Part shown: positions 26,216 to 38,482 of the stretch, in pieces
Layout of the letters: each line of letters opens with the position of its first letter
Position numbering within the stretch: position 1 is the first letter of the stretch
Assembly (NCBI RefSeq): GCF_004010195.1
Contig: NC_057718.1
Location: 44,740,143 to 44,804,142 of the forward strand
Direction: 5' to 3'
Source of the DNA: Chiloscyllium plagiosum
Lineage: Eukaryota
DNA length: 64,000 bases
Notes under the pieces: model-generated
What the model saw: only the letters and a program-made list of their open reading frames with translations
Databases searched by the model: none
What the model was told of the DNA's origin: nothing
Position numbers and translations under genes: made by a program

Positions 26216-28084
26216 TCACAAAACTATCAATATAAAAGGAAAAAAGTATTTATACTGTATGGCAGAGAATGCTAATTAATTAGCAAGTAGAGACTTTTCC
26301 ATGGAGTATCAGCTTATGATGACCGAAAGTTAACTGCCAAGCTTTGTTTAAATTTTGTAGATTGACTAAAATTAATCAAATGCATCAAAGAATGGCTCTC
26401 GTCTACTTTATTAAATTGCAACAGGTGAAGTCTCTGTACTTTTTTTTTCTGTCTGCAAAGAACAAGGACCTATGTATTAATACCTATGAGCCAAAAAGGC
26501 CTTTATACATCAACAGTCAGCATAATTTTCATAAAAACTCTGACAAAATGTGTTTCTTTCAGCAACATTCATTATGGCTACAGCCATCATAGCAAATGCT
26601 TCCGGCTACATTGCTTGAAATTGAAAGAACAGACTAGTGCTGCATTCAAATTTCAAAGCAGAATGCTATTAAATGAAGGTGAGCGGGTGTAGGGTTTTCT
26701 TTCAATTTTTAAAGGTTTCTTTCATAGCTAGAGCTATTATTCAATTTCATTCCAGCACAAGTCATGAAGGTAGACGCTTAACACACATTTTGAAAGAGTG
26801 ATTTTTAATGGATTATGGAAATTTTAACAATTGAAAAATTATTTTCATATATGGCAATTACAACAATGTTGGTCAATTTAGGGGTTATTTTATCTTTGAA
26901 GTACAAATTCTCTGTGCTGAATTACTGCATTAAAAGCACACCTATATCACAATGCAGCACCTAATAGCAACATTTAAAGGTGTCAAAACACTTTGTCCTT
27001 AGCTTTCAGAATATTCCCAGTTCCTCAGCAGGCTTCATTTAGTAATCACAAACTCTTATCAGAGGTGTTTTTTTTAAAGAGCTTCCAAAATCCTTTACCA
27101 GTGCATGAAAATGGTACATGGGAAGAAATAAATTTTTCCTGCAGTCTTCACAATGGGAGTTCCAGTTCAAGAAGGTGAGGTGAGTTTTTTGCAGCCAAGG
27201 CCTTCATAATATACGGATATGGGGTCAAGAATGTTCAGGCAAATTGTTTCTCCTGTAGAAAGGAACGAAGCTCAATGCTTCATAATCTGATTCACACCTT
27301 CACTGGAAGATGAAAATCCAGATCAGAGAATAAAGGATATTATGACAGCATGTGGCTACCCTAACTAACTAACTCATCATAGGAGGAGAATCAAATCTGG
27401 AACTTACCAGTACATATGGTCCTACTACCTACTACCTTAACTAAACAGTGGGTAAACATTGGTTTTTAAATAACCTTTCTCTTTTGAGTTTAATAAACTG
27501 CTTCCCTTTTTAAATGTATTTTCCTTTATTTCATTTGTCTTCCCATTTTATTTGCTTTCTTTCTTCTGTTTTTGTTGTCTGTAATCCTGATCCAAAGATT
27601 CTGCTTGCTCCTGCTGCTCCATTTCTCAACTGATGATCAATGATAACAGCAGGCATTCCCATTATTTGATCCTTTTAGTTTTTCACTGTCACTGATCAGA
27701 AAAGCTCAGAGCTGTTGGAAACGTTCAGAATAATAGGAATAACATTTCAAGGGGCTCGTACATTGACATCATGCGAAAGACACAGGCTTTGTTTTCCCCT
27801 TTTCTGATCTATTGATCCCTATTCTCATAAGCTCTAATTCATCCGGCACTTAACTAACCTCATCAGTGCAATTCTTGCTGATCAAACCTCAGCAGCTCTC
27901 ATTGACACCCCCTATCCCAGCATGTGATTTCGAAATCCCAGCCCTTACCCCTCAATCTATCCACATCCTTCTGGCAGTCCTGGTCTGCAGCGTCTGCCCA
28001 GCCCCTGTCCCAGGGCATTTATCCATTGTTGACCTCAAAGCTTTAACGCAACAGCTGAAGCCAAGCCTTGAACTATGTAGGAAC

Positions 28085-28400
28085 ACATTACTGCTGATGC
28101 TGAAAATCACAGCAGGTCAGGCAGCATCCATGGAGAGAGAGCAAGCTAACATTTCAAGTCAATAAAGGACTATACACTGTATTCCATCTATTGCCGAACC
28201 AATGGTTTATTAACTTGTAAGAAGACTTCCTTTCTCCTATATTCTACACCATGGCTAATGAAGGCAAGTATCCTGTATGCCTTCTTCACCATCCTACTTA
28301 CCTGTGCTGACACCATCAGGGATCTACATATTTGCACACTCTTTTGTTCCTCAGTACTCCCTAGGGACCTATCATTCATTGTGTATATCCTTACCTTCGT
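28085..28400 (-). mobile_element. PLE arm fragment (28085-28165) abutting a CR1 RT fragment
   Basis: ORF 28188-28430 reads 'VSAQVSRMVKKAYRILAFISHGVEYR'. Confidence 0.75.
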
Positions 28401-28443
28401 TATGGACCAGGCTGGACCCTCCCAAAACATTTCAAGAAAGTAG

Positions 28444-28651
28444 GAGAAAGTGAGGTCTGCAGATGCTGGAGATCAGAGCTGAAAATGTGTTGCTGGAACA
28501 GCGCAGCAGGTCAGGCAGCATCCAGGGAACAGGAGAATCGACGTTTCAGGCATAACCCTGAAGAAGGGCTTATGCCCGAAACGTCGATTCTCCTGTTCCC
28601 TGGATGCTGCCTGACCTGCTGCGCTGTTCCAGCAACACATTTTCAGCCCCG
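28444..28651. mobile_element. Young palindromic Penelope-like insertion
   Basis: Perfect 16-bp TSD catttcaagaaagtag at 28428-28443 and 28652-28667; arms 28478-28555 and 28570-28647 are complementary at 77/78. Confidence 0.92.
28558..28585 (+). ncRNA. Minimal type I hammerhead ribozyme core
   Basis: CUGAAGA-A-GGGC-UUAU-GCCC-GAAAC-GUC; predicted cleavage after 28585; stem I is disrupted by the inversion junction. Confidence 0.6.
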
Positions 28652-30699
28652 CATTTCAAGAAAGTAGCCCAGATCTGAACTTTGCTCGATGTTTTAGGCA
28701 GGTGCAACATAGATATTCCAGGAGGGATGCAGCTGGTCAAGCCACTTAGTTTCAAATAAAACAGAATTTATTTACAAGGTTACCAAATGAAACACAAACA
28801 AAAGAGAACAGAATACCGAATAACTTAACCTATCCAAAAACCCAACAGATCATCCCGACTTATTGATGATGTTCCAAATACTTGCAGCAATCCCCATACA
28901 CACCTCTTCGCACAAAATGAAAAATCAAACACAAGGTCTTACAGGAGAGAGAGATATAGCAGCATAGAACACCCTCTCAATGTAGCTGTTTCTTGGATCA
29001 GCAGCCTCAATTGCCTGATCAATCAGCTGCCTGATTGCTGATTAGAATGGTGATCAGTCTCCTTCTGCCCGCCAACAATTTTGTGATTGGCTCCCATGTA
29101 CTAAACAGCTTGTAGTTGTAAATGTTTCAGCAAAAACTATTGGAACTCCAGAAAGAAAGGTGCTTTCCTCCTCCCTGCAGTAAAAAAAACACTTCAAGGC
29201 AAATTATTTTCCTCATCAATTACTGTAAGCTGTGGCTTTTAACCAATAAGGGGCATTATAAGTGTGAACCAGTTGTTCTGTGCCTCCTGCAAGCAAGTGA
29301 AAGTACCCAGAGATGGAAGACGGGGAGCAAGTCCTGACAAAGTGAAAGGATCATCTCAGTGAACCCTGTAAACGGGACCATTGAACTGCCTTCTCAACCT
29401 TTGGCTCCCTCTGTCACACCCATTCTTCATTTATGCCTGTCTTTGAGTGTGTGCTAGAAGGATGGTTTATAAAGGGGTTAGTTTTAACTAGTCAAGTACA
29501 TTCAATTGTTCATAATCGTCCACTTATTGTTAGAACAATAAGTACTCATTCTTATTAAGTACTTGGTCCATGCTTTCTTTCAACCTGGGTATAAAGTCAG
29601 GCAAATTGTGGAATTTTGCATACTTTTATAAAATCTTTCATTTTTGTGTCAAGTCTAGCGCACTACTCCAGTGAGCTGTAACAGTGGGAGCAGGGTTTTT
29701 TTGGAGAAAACCTCTCTGGGTAATTATTAACTTAGCCAAGAAAGGCAGCAGTGTGCCATGACAATTTTAAATGCTGCTGGTTCATGGGATGAGTCGCTTG
29801 GACAGTTGCCACTGGCAAGTGAAAATTAGGGGTCACTTGGCTACCCGTTGGCTTCCAAGTCAATTGCAGGAATGCAGTTCAGTGTGTGTTGAGGAAAGCA
29901 GTCTGGAAGGAGAGGACTAAGCATTTCTTGCACAACTTGAAGGCAACCCTGGCCCAAAACGGAAATACTATAATAGTCCCTTTGAGATCAGTTACATATT
30001 TGCTTCTGACTGTAAGTAAGCGATGGTGGTTTCCTGTTCAGGACCCAGGTACAATTGCATTGGGGTCTTACAGACTATTAAGATGCTTATTTGTGTTTTT
30101 GTACTAAGACTATGGACATTGATTAGAAAAAGTTTCTAGGAGGTTTGAAACATCCTGTCCTCTGTCTGGTTAGTGGCATGTTTATTGCTTTGTCTTCCAG
30201 ACCCTCAGTTAGTTGGCCCTTACAGATCCTGCCATATCAAGGTGCTGTAAGGTGCAGCCAGACCTTCAAGGCCCAGCGATACACAGAAAATTCAGAAATG
30301 TCCTGAACAGATGTCTGCATCTTTCACTTCCTGGATATTTTTGAAAAAAAAATAAGCATTTGACAAATGTAATTTTTAATCTAGTAAGTTGACAGACAAT
30401 TGTGAAGTGGAATGCCCTGCCTTGGGATGAATATCTGGAGTCTATTAGAGGTAACACCCATGATACTGGACAGTAGGAGGACAGGAATAGAACAACAGTC
30501 ATTCGTGTATACAGGAGCAGAGGTGTGGTTCAGGTTAAGGACTGCTGTCCAGGCTATTCTCACAAAGATCTTAAAACTCAGGGAATAGTGAGCATTTCTA
30601 TCCAACTCTTCTTTCTGCTGCTCTGTATTCTCTTCCACTAAGAGTCATAGAGATGTACAGCATGGACTTCCTGCCCTGGTGGTTTAATAGACTTATCCA

Positions 30700-31497
30700 C
30701 CTCCTGATGCTACCTGCCCTGCTGTGTTCTCCCATCCTCTTGATGCAGCCTGGCTTGCTGTGTTCTCCCAGCCTCCTGATGCAGCCTGGCTTACTGTGTT
30801 TTTTTTTAGATTAGATTACATTACAGTGTGGAAACAGGCCCTTCAGCCCAACAAGTTCACACAGACCCGCCGAAGCGCAACCCACCCATACCCCTACATT
30901 TACCCCTTACCTAACACTACAGGCAATTTAGCATGGCCAATTCACCTGGCCTGCACATCTTTGGACTGTGGGAGGAAACCGGAGCACCCAGAGAAAACCC
31001 ACGCAGACACGGGGAGAACGTGCAAACTCCACACAGTCAGTCACCTGAGGCGGGAATTGAACCCGGGTCTCCGGCGCTGTGAGGCAGCAGTGCTAACCTC
31101 TGTGCCACCATGCCACCGTGTTCTCCCAGCCTCCTGATGCAGGCTGGCTTGCTGTATTCTCCCAGCCTCCTGATACAGCCTGGCTTGCTGTGTTCTCCCA
31201 GCTTCGTGATGCTGCCTGGATTGCTGTGATCCTCTCCCTCCTGATGCAGGCTGGCTTGCTGTGTTCTCCCAGCTTCCTGATGCTACCTGGCTTGCTGTGT
31301 TCTCCAGCCTCCTGATGTTGCCTGGCTTGCTGTGTTCCTCCAGCCTCCTGATGCTGCCTGTTTTGCTGTCTTCCTCTCTCTCCTGATGCTGCCTGCTTTG
31401 CAGTGTTTCTCTTTCCTGATGCTGCCTGGCTTACTGTGTTCTTCCAGCCTACTGCTTGTTGACTTTGGGTTCCAGCATCTGCATTTTTTTTGTCTCT
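30700..31497 (+). repeat. ~36-bp minisatellite (about a dozen units) derived from a PLE-like terminus
   Basis: Unit cctcctgatgc(a/t)gcctggcttgctgtgttctcccag; the array runs into ttccagcatctgca, as in the PLE arms. Confidence 0.85.
30806..31117 (-). mobile_element. HE1-like SINE, full length and young, inserted in the minisatellite
   Basis: CpG-rich, intact head (ggtggcatggtggcacagaggttagcactgctgcc...gggttcaattccc) and (TAATC)n tail. Confidence 0.92.
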
Positions 31498-32808
31498 AGC
31501 CTGTGCCTTTGAGCCTGGATTCCTGGCAAGAGTTATCCATTTATATCATGCAAAGAACCAGGCAAAAACTTAGCAGTATGGAATAAAGATGAAACTGAAG
31601 ATGCACCATTACGCAAATCCTTCATTCCTGTCTTACATCCTTGTTTGCCTGTCTTAGTGTTCCTAAAAGTAGAAAGCTGCAGATCTTCTGTTCAGGAAAC
31701 ATCTGATCTCTGTACCCTGAATCTCAGCTTGTAGACTTCAGCATCTTGGTGTGAGAGGCCCTATAAGGGCCAACTGATTCAGTGGAATCAACAAGGGCAC
31801 TAAAGGACTGAAGGCAAGGATAACTGGCATGCTCGTAGCCATACAGGATGACAAAATCATGTTGTCATCAGGAAACCATGTACAGACCTGCATGACGCAC
31901 TGCCTAAGGCAAAACAAGCTTCATACTGAGTGTAGATTTCCTCAGATGATATTTAAAATCCAAGTGGAGCAGAAAGGAATTTCCCTTTTTCTAAGTTTTT
32001 TGCCTCTCCTTGGAGCTTACATGCAAAGGCAGAGTTTCACCATGATTCTCCAGACGCATAAGGAGTGTGGGACAAGCTTGAAGGAACTGTTGGTTTTTAC
32101 CTTTTTACCAATTTCATTCTTCATGTTGTAGCGTTTATCTCCACGCTAGATAAGGGAACTTTCTTGTCCCACCTATACAATAAGCACAATGCTCTAATTG
32201 ATAACCACTGTCGTTTGGAAATGGTAGTTCTTCATTAGCACAGAATAAGGGTTTTATTTTTTTCAATCGCTATTTATTAAGTCAACATTATTGTAATAGA
32301 TGACTGACCTGGGTTTTTAATCATAACTGTATAAAACTTAATTGAGAAAGGAAATAATTTGAGCATGTGATTTTTGCCATAAAATGCATAAAAATACCTC
32401 CAATATTCAGTACTTACTGGGTTCAACTATTCAAATAATTTTATTTATAATATGCACAAGTACTCTCTCAAATTAAAATTATTACCTGTAATGCATGCAA
32501 TAGCATGGACATGTCTTTAACATTCTTGGCATTAAAAACAAGAGTAAATAAATAACATAGATAATAAAAGTGCACTGGTTTTGAAGCAGAGTACATGGCA
32601 ACATCTCAGAAAGCGATGGCACCAATTTGTTGTTACTTCCCAAATCTTTCTATTCTAAAACAACATGTTTGAATCCCTCCAAGCTATCCTTGGCCCAACC
32701 TTCATTCCTCATCTCTACTCATTTAAACAAGAAGTAAATGGAAAGTAAAGTCCCCTTAACACCATCTCTCTCAAACACTTCTGGAAAAGGGACGGCATGG
32801 GGTTACAT

Positions 32809-33388
32809 AGAACATAGAAAAATACAGCGCAGTACAGGCCCTTTGGCCCTCGATGTTGCGCCGATCCAAGCCCACCTAACCTACACTAGTCCACTATCCT
32901 CCATATGCCTATCCAATGCCCATTTAAATGCCCATAAAGAGGGAGAGTCCACCACTGCTACTGGCAGGGCATCCCATGAACTCACGACACGCTGAGTAAA
33001 GAATCTACCCCTAACATCTGTCCTATACCAACTCCCCCTTAATTTAAAGCTATGCCCCCTCGTAATAGCTGAATCCATACGTGGAAAAAGGTTCACTCAA
33101 TTCCTCTACCAAGAAAAGCCAGTATGCCATATGCCTTCCTCACCGCACTATTTACTTGGGTGGCAACTTTCAGAGATCTGTGTACATGGACACCAAGATC
33201 CCGCTGCTCATCCACACTACCAAGTATCCGACCATTAGCCCAGTACCCTGTCTTTTTGTTACTCTTACCAAAGTGAATCACCTCACACTTACCTACATTG
33301 AACTCCATTTGCCACCTTTCTGCCCAGCTCTGCAACTTATCTATATCCTGCTGTAACCTGACACATCCTTCCTCACTGTCAACAACAG
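32809..33388 (-). mobile_element. Young CR1 fragment with internal deletion
   Basis: ORFs '[23 protein letters not shown]' and 'FFTQRVVSSWDALP'; same subfamily as 45287-47592; possible TSD gttacat at 32802-32808 and 33393-33399. Confidence 0.9.
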
Positions 33389-34970
33389 TTTGTTACATCC
33401 AGACTAAGCTCACCCTACTGATTTGGATGGGAAATGACACTGGCCCCAATCAACACTCCCAGGACAGGGACAGAATGGGGCTGAAAATGAAATAATGGTC
33501 CCTCTATCCCTTGAACTAAAAGTAAACTGGAAGTAACATTCCCTCAACTCTTTTGAACTGCAAGTAAGGTTTCCTCGACACTTTCTTCATCTCTATGCTG
33601 TCTCTGGACATCATCCAGAAACACAGAGCAACTTCCATATCCATGCTGATCATCCCTAGCTTTATCCCTCCACCACCTCTCTCAGTATATTGTCTTTGCT
33701 TTGTCAGGCTGCCTCTCTGGCATCTAGTGGTGGATGAGCTACAATTGTTTTCATCTGAACATGTATGGCCTGAAAATATATTTAACAAAAACTCCTATTG
33801 GAAAACTCAGCATGGGGCAACTCATGTACTAGAGGCATCACATCCAATTTTCTGATGTTCAGAGCTGACATGTAAGACTAAAACAGCAGTGCAGAGTTTG
33901 TATCCAATTTACCGTGAGCTGCATCACCAAAAAGAAGCATCAGACTCCTTCAAGAATTCCTTCCTCCAAGATTAAATTAATGGCTTTGATCAATTGCTGT
34001 GTACCCTGCAAATCTCCCAAGATCTTGAAACATATAACGTACATCTCTCCTATTTTTAGACATCTATTTTTAGTAACCGTCAATGCATTTAATCAATTCA
34101 AAGTGCTGGCATCTGCAAATCTAAGAATTGACTATATCCACTGTTTCAGAATTCAAATTTGCAGGTTTTAGTATTTGTCTTATATTCATGTTCCAGTTTA
34201 TATTTTCCTGTTCGTGTGATAGTATATTTGACTTTACATAATATAAATCACCAATTTTGCATTTTGATTGCTCTATTTTACACTTAGCTTCTTGTTAACT
34301 GACAGTGGCGTAAAAATATATTTATCTCCTTTCCCAGCTTAACCCAGAAGTTTCTGTCATTCATCTTGAAGTTGAATATTCATACAATGTGATATTCTAT
34401 TTGAATAACATCTATTTTTTAAAAAGATTGCTCTGCCTGCTTTTCTACTGTATGATTTCTATGCTTGTCTGACCAGCAGATTTAGCTGTTCAGTCTTGAA
34501 TAAATGCTTCCTTGATTATTTTTTCTTACACATCGTGTACACATTTAGCAGTACATTGAACCTTTTTTTCTCTATCTAATTTACCACACCTATTGCATTC
34601 CTCTGATCCACTGTGGTCCGATAAATCTGATTGTTTTCTTTTTAATTGTACCTCTGCTCCTCTCACATTCATTGCAGCTCTGCTAGCATTCCCCAGAGGT
34701 TCTAGTTGTGTTTTGCTGAGTACAACAGCTCTACAACTATCAGCTTCTTTCTAACTCAATTTTTCTTAGTAATCTGACATGAAGTAATCATCTATTATTT
34801 TGCTTACAGTTTGGACTTTAACAAAGACACCTGCAGATTGGGTTTCAGTGTTCTTGCACCTAAAGAAAAGATTTTTTTTTAAAATGTAACTTTTAAGATG
34901 TCTTGTAATTATGATCACTTTCTCATTGTCTTGGTCGAGAGCAGGGAACTGGTTCTGGCATCTTACTTAA

Positions 34971-36460
34971 GCCAGTGAGTTGAATTTGCAGTCAGAGTCC
35001 AATTAAGTCATTAGAGCTCAACATCTCTATATAAAAGGGATCCCAGTTGTGTTGGGGCCTTGCTAGGAAGACAGTTGAAAGCAAGTTAAAATCGGGAATT
35101 GTTAATTCTGGTGTCTCCAGCACATGTTTTAACTTGCCAGATTTCCACTAAACAAGTCGCACTGAAAGTGCCACCTTAATTTTTGTAATTCAGGTGAATT
35201 ATTAGGAATTATAAATCAGAAATCCAAAAAACTCTAAATCCCGGTCGGTGGATTTTGATCATAGCTCAGTTTTAACAACTCATTATCAGATTTCTCCCCA
35301 ATAGATCTTTGTTTTGCTCCAATTTCCCCTTTTACTTTTGATTTTAACACTGCTTTAATTTACCTATATTAGTCCTCGGCTCCTGATTTTCAATATTCTC
35401 CCTCTATTAGTCTCCTGATTTCTCAACCTTCCCCCCTAATACTATGGCACAATAAAATCATGATATTTTGCAACAGCACTTCTTAGATTGTCAGTTCTAT
35501 GATTTAATTCAAAGGCCCTAACACAAATTTAGCATCAATGCTCTGTTTAATTTCAAGGTTTTCTTTATCATGCTGCCTTAAACTGTCTTAATATTGACCA
35601 CTGCTTCTCCAAAAACCTGTCTGAGCACTTACAGAACACAGGGGCAATAACAACTTCTGTAAGTGTAAAGAACATCAACAATGTTATACAATTCAAATCT
35701 AGGACCAGAAGAAAAAGGAGACAGAGCAACAAACCACTAACGCTGCAACATGGAGTATAAAATTACTTTCAATATTGACAGAAACAATTAACATCAGGAA
35801 AACTTTCAATTTAATCATCTCAATAATCCTCTATGATGACAGTTAATTTAATTACTATTTTAATCATTACAAAGAGTATAATTCCATAAACCAAGATATT
35901 TTAATACATTCTAAACTAATAAATAAGTGCAATGTCAAATGAAATGGCATTACCAATAATAGATAACTAATGATGAACATAATACTCATTATTGGGCCAT
36001 ATAAAATAAATCTGCATTTTAGTCTAAGTCACTTACAATAGCAGTCAGAATTAATTCAACTCAAATCCTTCAGAAGAAAAAAGTTGCTTTTTTATCTTGA
36101 CATTGTGAAGAATGATATCATTGCTCAGTGACATGAGAACTCACTGCAATAGATGTCCTTTTAACAGCTCAATTCTAAAATCCATTCGATAAGATAACAG
36201 TGAATCATTCATGGAAGACGGCATTGCATTATTGATGGTGTGTTACTGACACTTAATTATACAAAAGTAATCAAGTAAAAATTTGAGTTCCCTCATAAAA
36301 GATTTTGCTGACACAAGAATGCCAGTGAGTTAAAATTGCAGTCAGAGTTCAATTAAATTATTAGAGTTCAAAAGGTATATTTAAAAGGAACCCCAGTTGA
36401 GTATTTAACCTGCCTGTGAGTAAGTTATGAGTAAGTTAAAATCAGGAACTGTTAATTTGA
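34971..36460 (+). repeat. Pair of diverged ~140-bp direct repeats (34971-35110 and 36321-36460)
   Basis: Both read gccagtgagtt..a.ttgcagtcagagt.caattaa...attagag.tcaa...aagttaaaatc.ggaa.tgttaatt. Confidence 0.8.
35633..35698 (-). CDS. Candidate exon
   Basis: Strong acceptor ctctgtctcctttttcttctggtcctag and donor CT|gtaagt; 66 nt; two frames open (FELYNIVDVLYTYRSCYCPCV or LNCITLLMFFTLTEVVIAPVF). Confidence 0.3.
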
Positions 36461-36839
36461 GCAGACTGGACTTGTAAGCAATTTTTTTAGATTATAAGGC
36501 AAAGTGGCATTAAACCAGTTCTCTGTTAGCAACAACTATGCTGCTGACATGAGTAATTTTGCTTGTAAATGTATGACAGATTTGACAGTGAAGATGGGAT
36601 TAGGAACTCCAGAGCTGAAAATTTTGGGTTTAGAAGTTTCTAACTAACCAAGTGAGTCTTTGTTTCTTGGAAAAGGTTCATTCTTAAGAAAAGTGGGGTT
36701 TAGAGGTTGATGGACTGAACTTAGAAGTTGGTTGAATCTACCAGTAGGTCTCTTTTCTGTAGGCTACAAAAACATCCAGTAATAGTTTTATTTCAGGAGA
36801 TATAAGGGTAATCTTTGTGAAATTACAGTCATAAGGAAA

Positions 36840-38482
36840 ACGATACTGAACAAACTGATGGAGCGGTGGGCTAACAAGTTCCCAGATCCCAATAGATATC
36901 ACCCTAGAGTCTTCAAAGAGATGGCTCATGAGTTCATACATGTGTTGCTGTTAATTTTCTAAAATTTCTAGATTCTGGAAAGGCTCAATCATAATCAGAT
37001 TCAACCGATATAATTCCTCTTTTCAAGAAGAAATGGAGACTGAAAACAGGAAACTGTAGACTAGTTAGCTTAACATCTGTTTTGGAGAACATGTTAGAAT
37101 TGATCATTCAGGAGATTATAACCATGTAGTGAGAAAATCTTGAGGTAATTTGGATGAATGAACATGTTTTGTTCAATGTATATACAATATATCTAACCAA
37201 TATATTGTACTTCTTTGAAGGAATAATAATATGCTGTGGATAGGGGAAGGCTCATTGGATTTCCAAAAGACATTTGACAAGTTGCTGCATAAAAAGTTAT
37301 TGTTCTAAGTAGGAGCTAATGGAGTAGTGAGTAACTCATTAGCATGGATAGAAGATTGGATGGCTGGCAGGAAACAGAGAGTATACATTAATGGATTTTC
37401 TTTGATTGGCAGGGTGCAATAAATGCAATCCTGAAATGGCCTATACTGGGGCCTCAGCTTTTTACAATTCATATCAATGAGTTTCAATAGGCAACAAAGA
37501 CATGGCAGCTAAATTTGCAGATGACACAAAGATAGTGGGAAAGTATGTTGTGAAGAATTTTCAGGCAGATATGGATAGTTTGAGTGAGTGGTCAAAACTC
37601 TGACAGATGGAGTGTAATGTTGATTTGATTTATTTGATTTGATTTATTTATTGTCATGTATATCTTGTTATAAAAATGTGAGAAGTGTTGTATAGTGCCA
37701 CCACTCTCCAGCACAATCTTAAAACACAGAAAAATAAACCAAAATATAGAATATAAAGGCAGAAAAATTGAGAAATAAAGAAAGTGTCCAACTTTACAGT
37801 TCTTCTTGTTAAGTGTTCCATTAAAGGCCATGGGCCTGGTGAGAAAATGTGAAGTTGTCCACTTCAGAGGGAAGAATTTAAAGATGAGTATTATTAAACA
37901 GAGAACAACTGCAGAATTCTGATGTGCTGAAGGATCAGAGTGTTTTAGTACATGGAACATAAAACTGTTATATGCAGGTAGAGCAAGTAATTAAGAAAGT
38001 TAATGGAATGCTAGGATTTATTGATGAGGAGCTGAACTCAAAAGTAAAGATGCAATGCTTCAGTTTTGCATGGCAATGGTAAGACCAAATCTCGAATACT
38101 GTTTAAAATAGATATGAATACATTGGTGGTTCAAAGGAGGTTTACTAGGTTAATACCAGGAATTAGTAGGCCAACATTTGAGGGAAAACAGGACAAATTG
38201 GGCTAGTTTCTACTAGTGTCTAGAAGAGTAAGGGGTAGCTTCATTGAAGTATGTAGATCCCAAATAGTCTTAACAAGATGGATGGGGAAAGGATCTTTCA
38301 TCTACTGATTTAGTCCAGAGTGAGTTTTAAGCTAAGGGATCATGTTTTTGGGACAAGCATGAGTTTTTCTTTTGCACAGAGAGTTGCATGAATTTTGAAC
38401 TCTGCCTCAAAGGCCATAGAGGTGGGTCATGGAATATTTTTAAAGAGGATGTGATAAGCATTTGGGAGGCAAGAGAATTTGG
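36840..38482 (+). mobile_element. Old CR1 LINE ORF2; its 3' tail resumes at 45067-45135 beyond the satellite
   Basis: 'AKFADDTKI' at ~37508, 'DFQKTFDKLLH' at ~37258 and 'FFAQRVA' at ~38370. Confidence 0.85.
37621..37837 (-). mobile_element. Unclassified retroposon 3' end inserted in the CR1
   Basis: (TGATT/TATT)n tail interrupts CR1 'atggagtgtaatgt|...gaaaatgtgaagttgtccac'. Confidence 0.55.

Larger units (their letters stand above)
28399..29682. mobile_element. Probable LTR-derived sequence (one or two solo-LTR fragments)
   Basis: Begins (t)gttatgg and ends gctgtaaca (TG..CA-like ends); antisense polyA-like tttatt at ~28767. Weak support. Confidence 0.35.

Noticed and set aside
32418..32486. 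GT-AG-bounded minus-strand segment
   Set aside because: Stops in all three frames.
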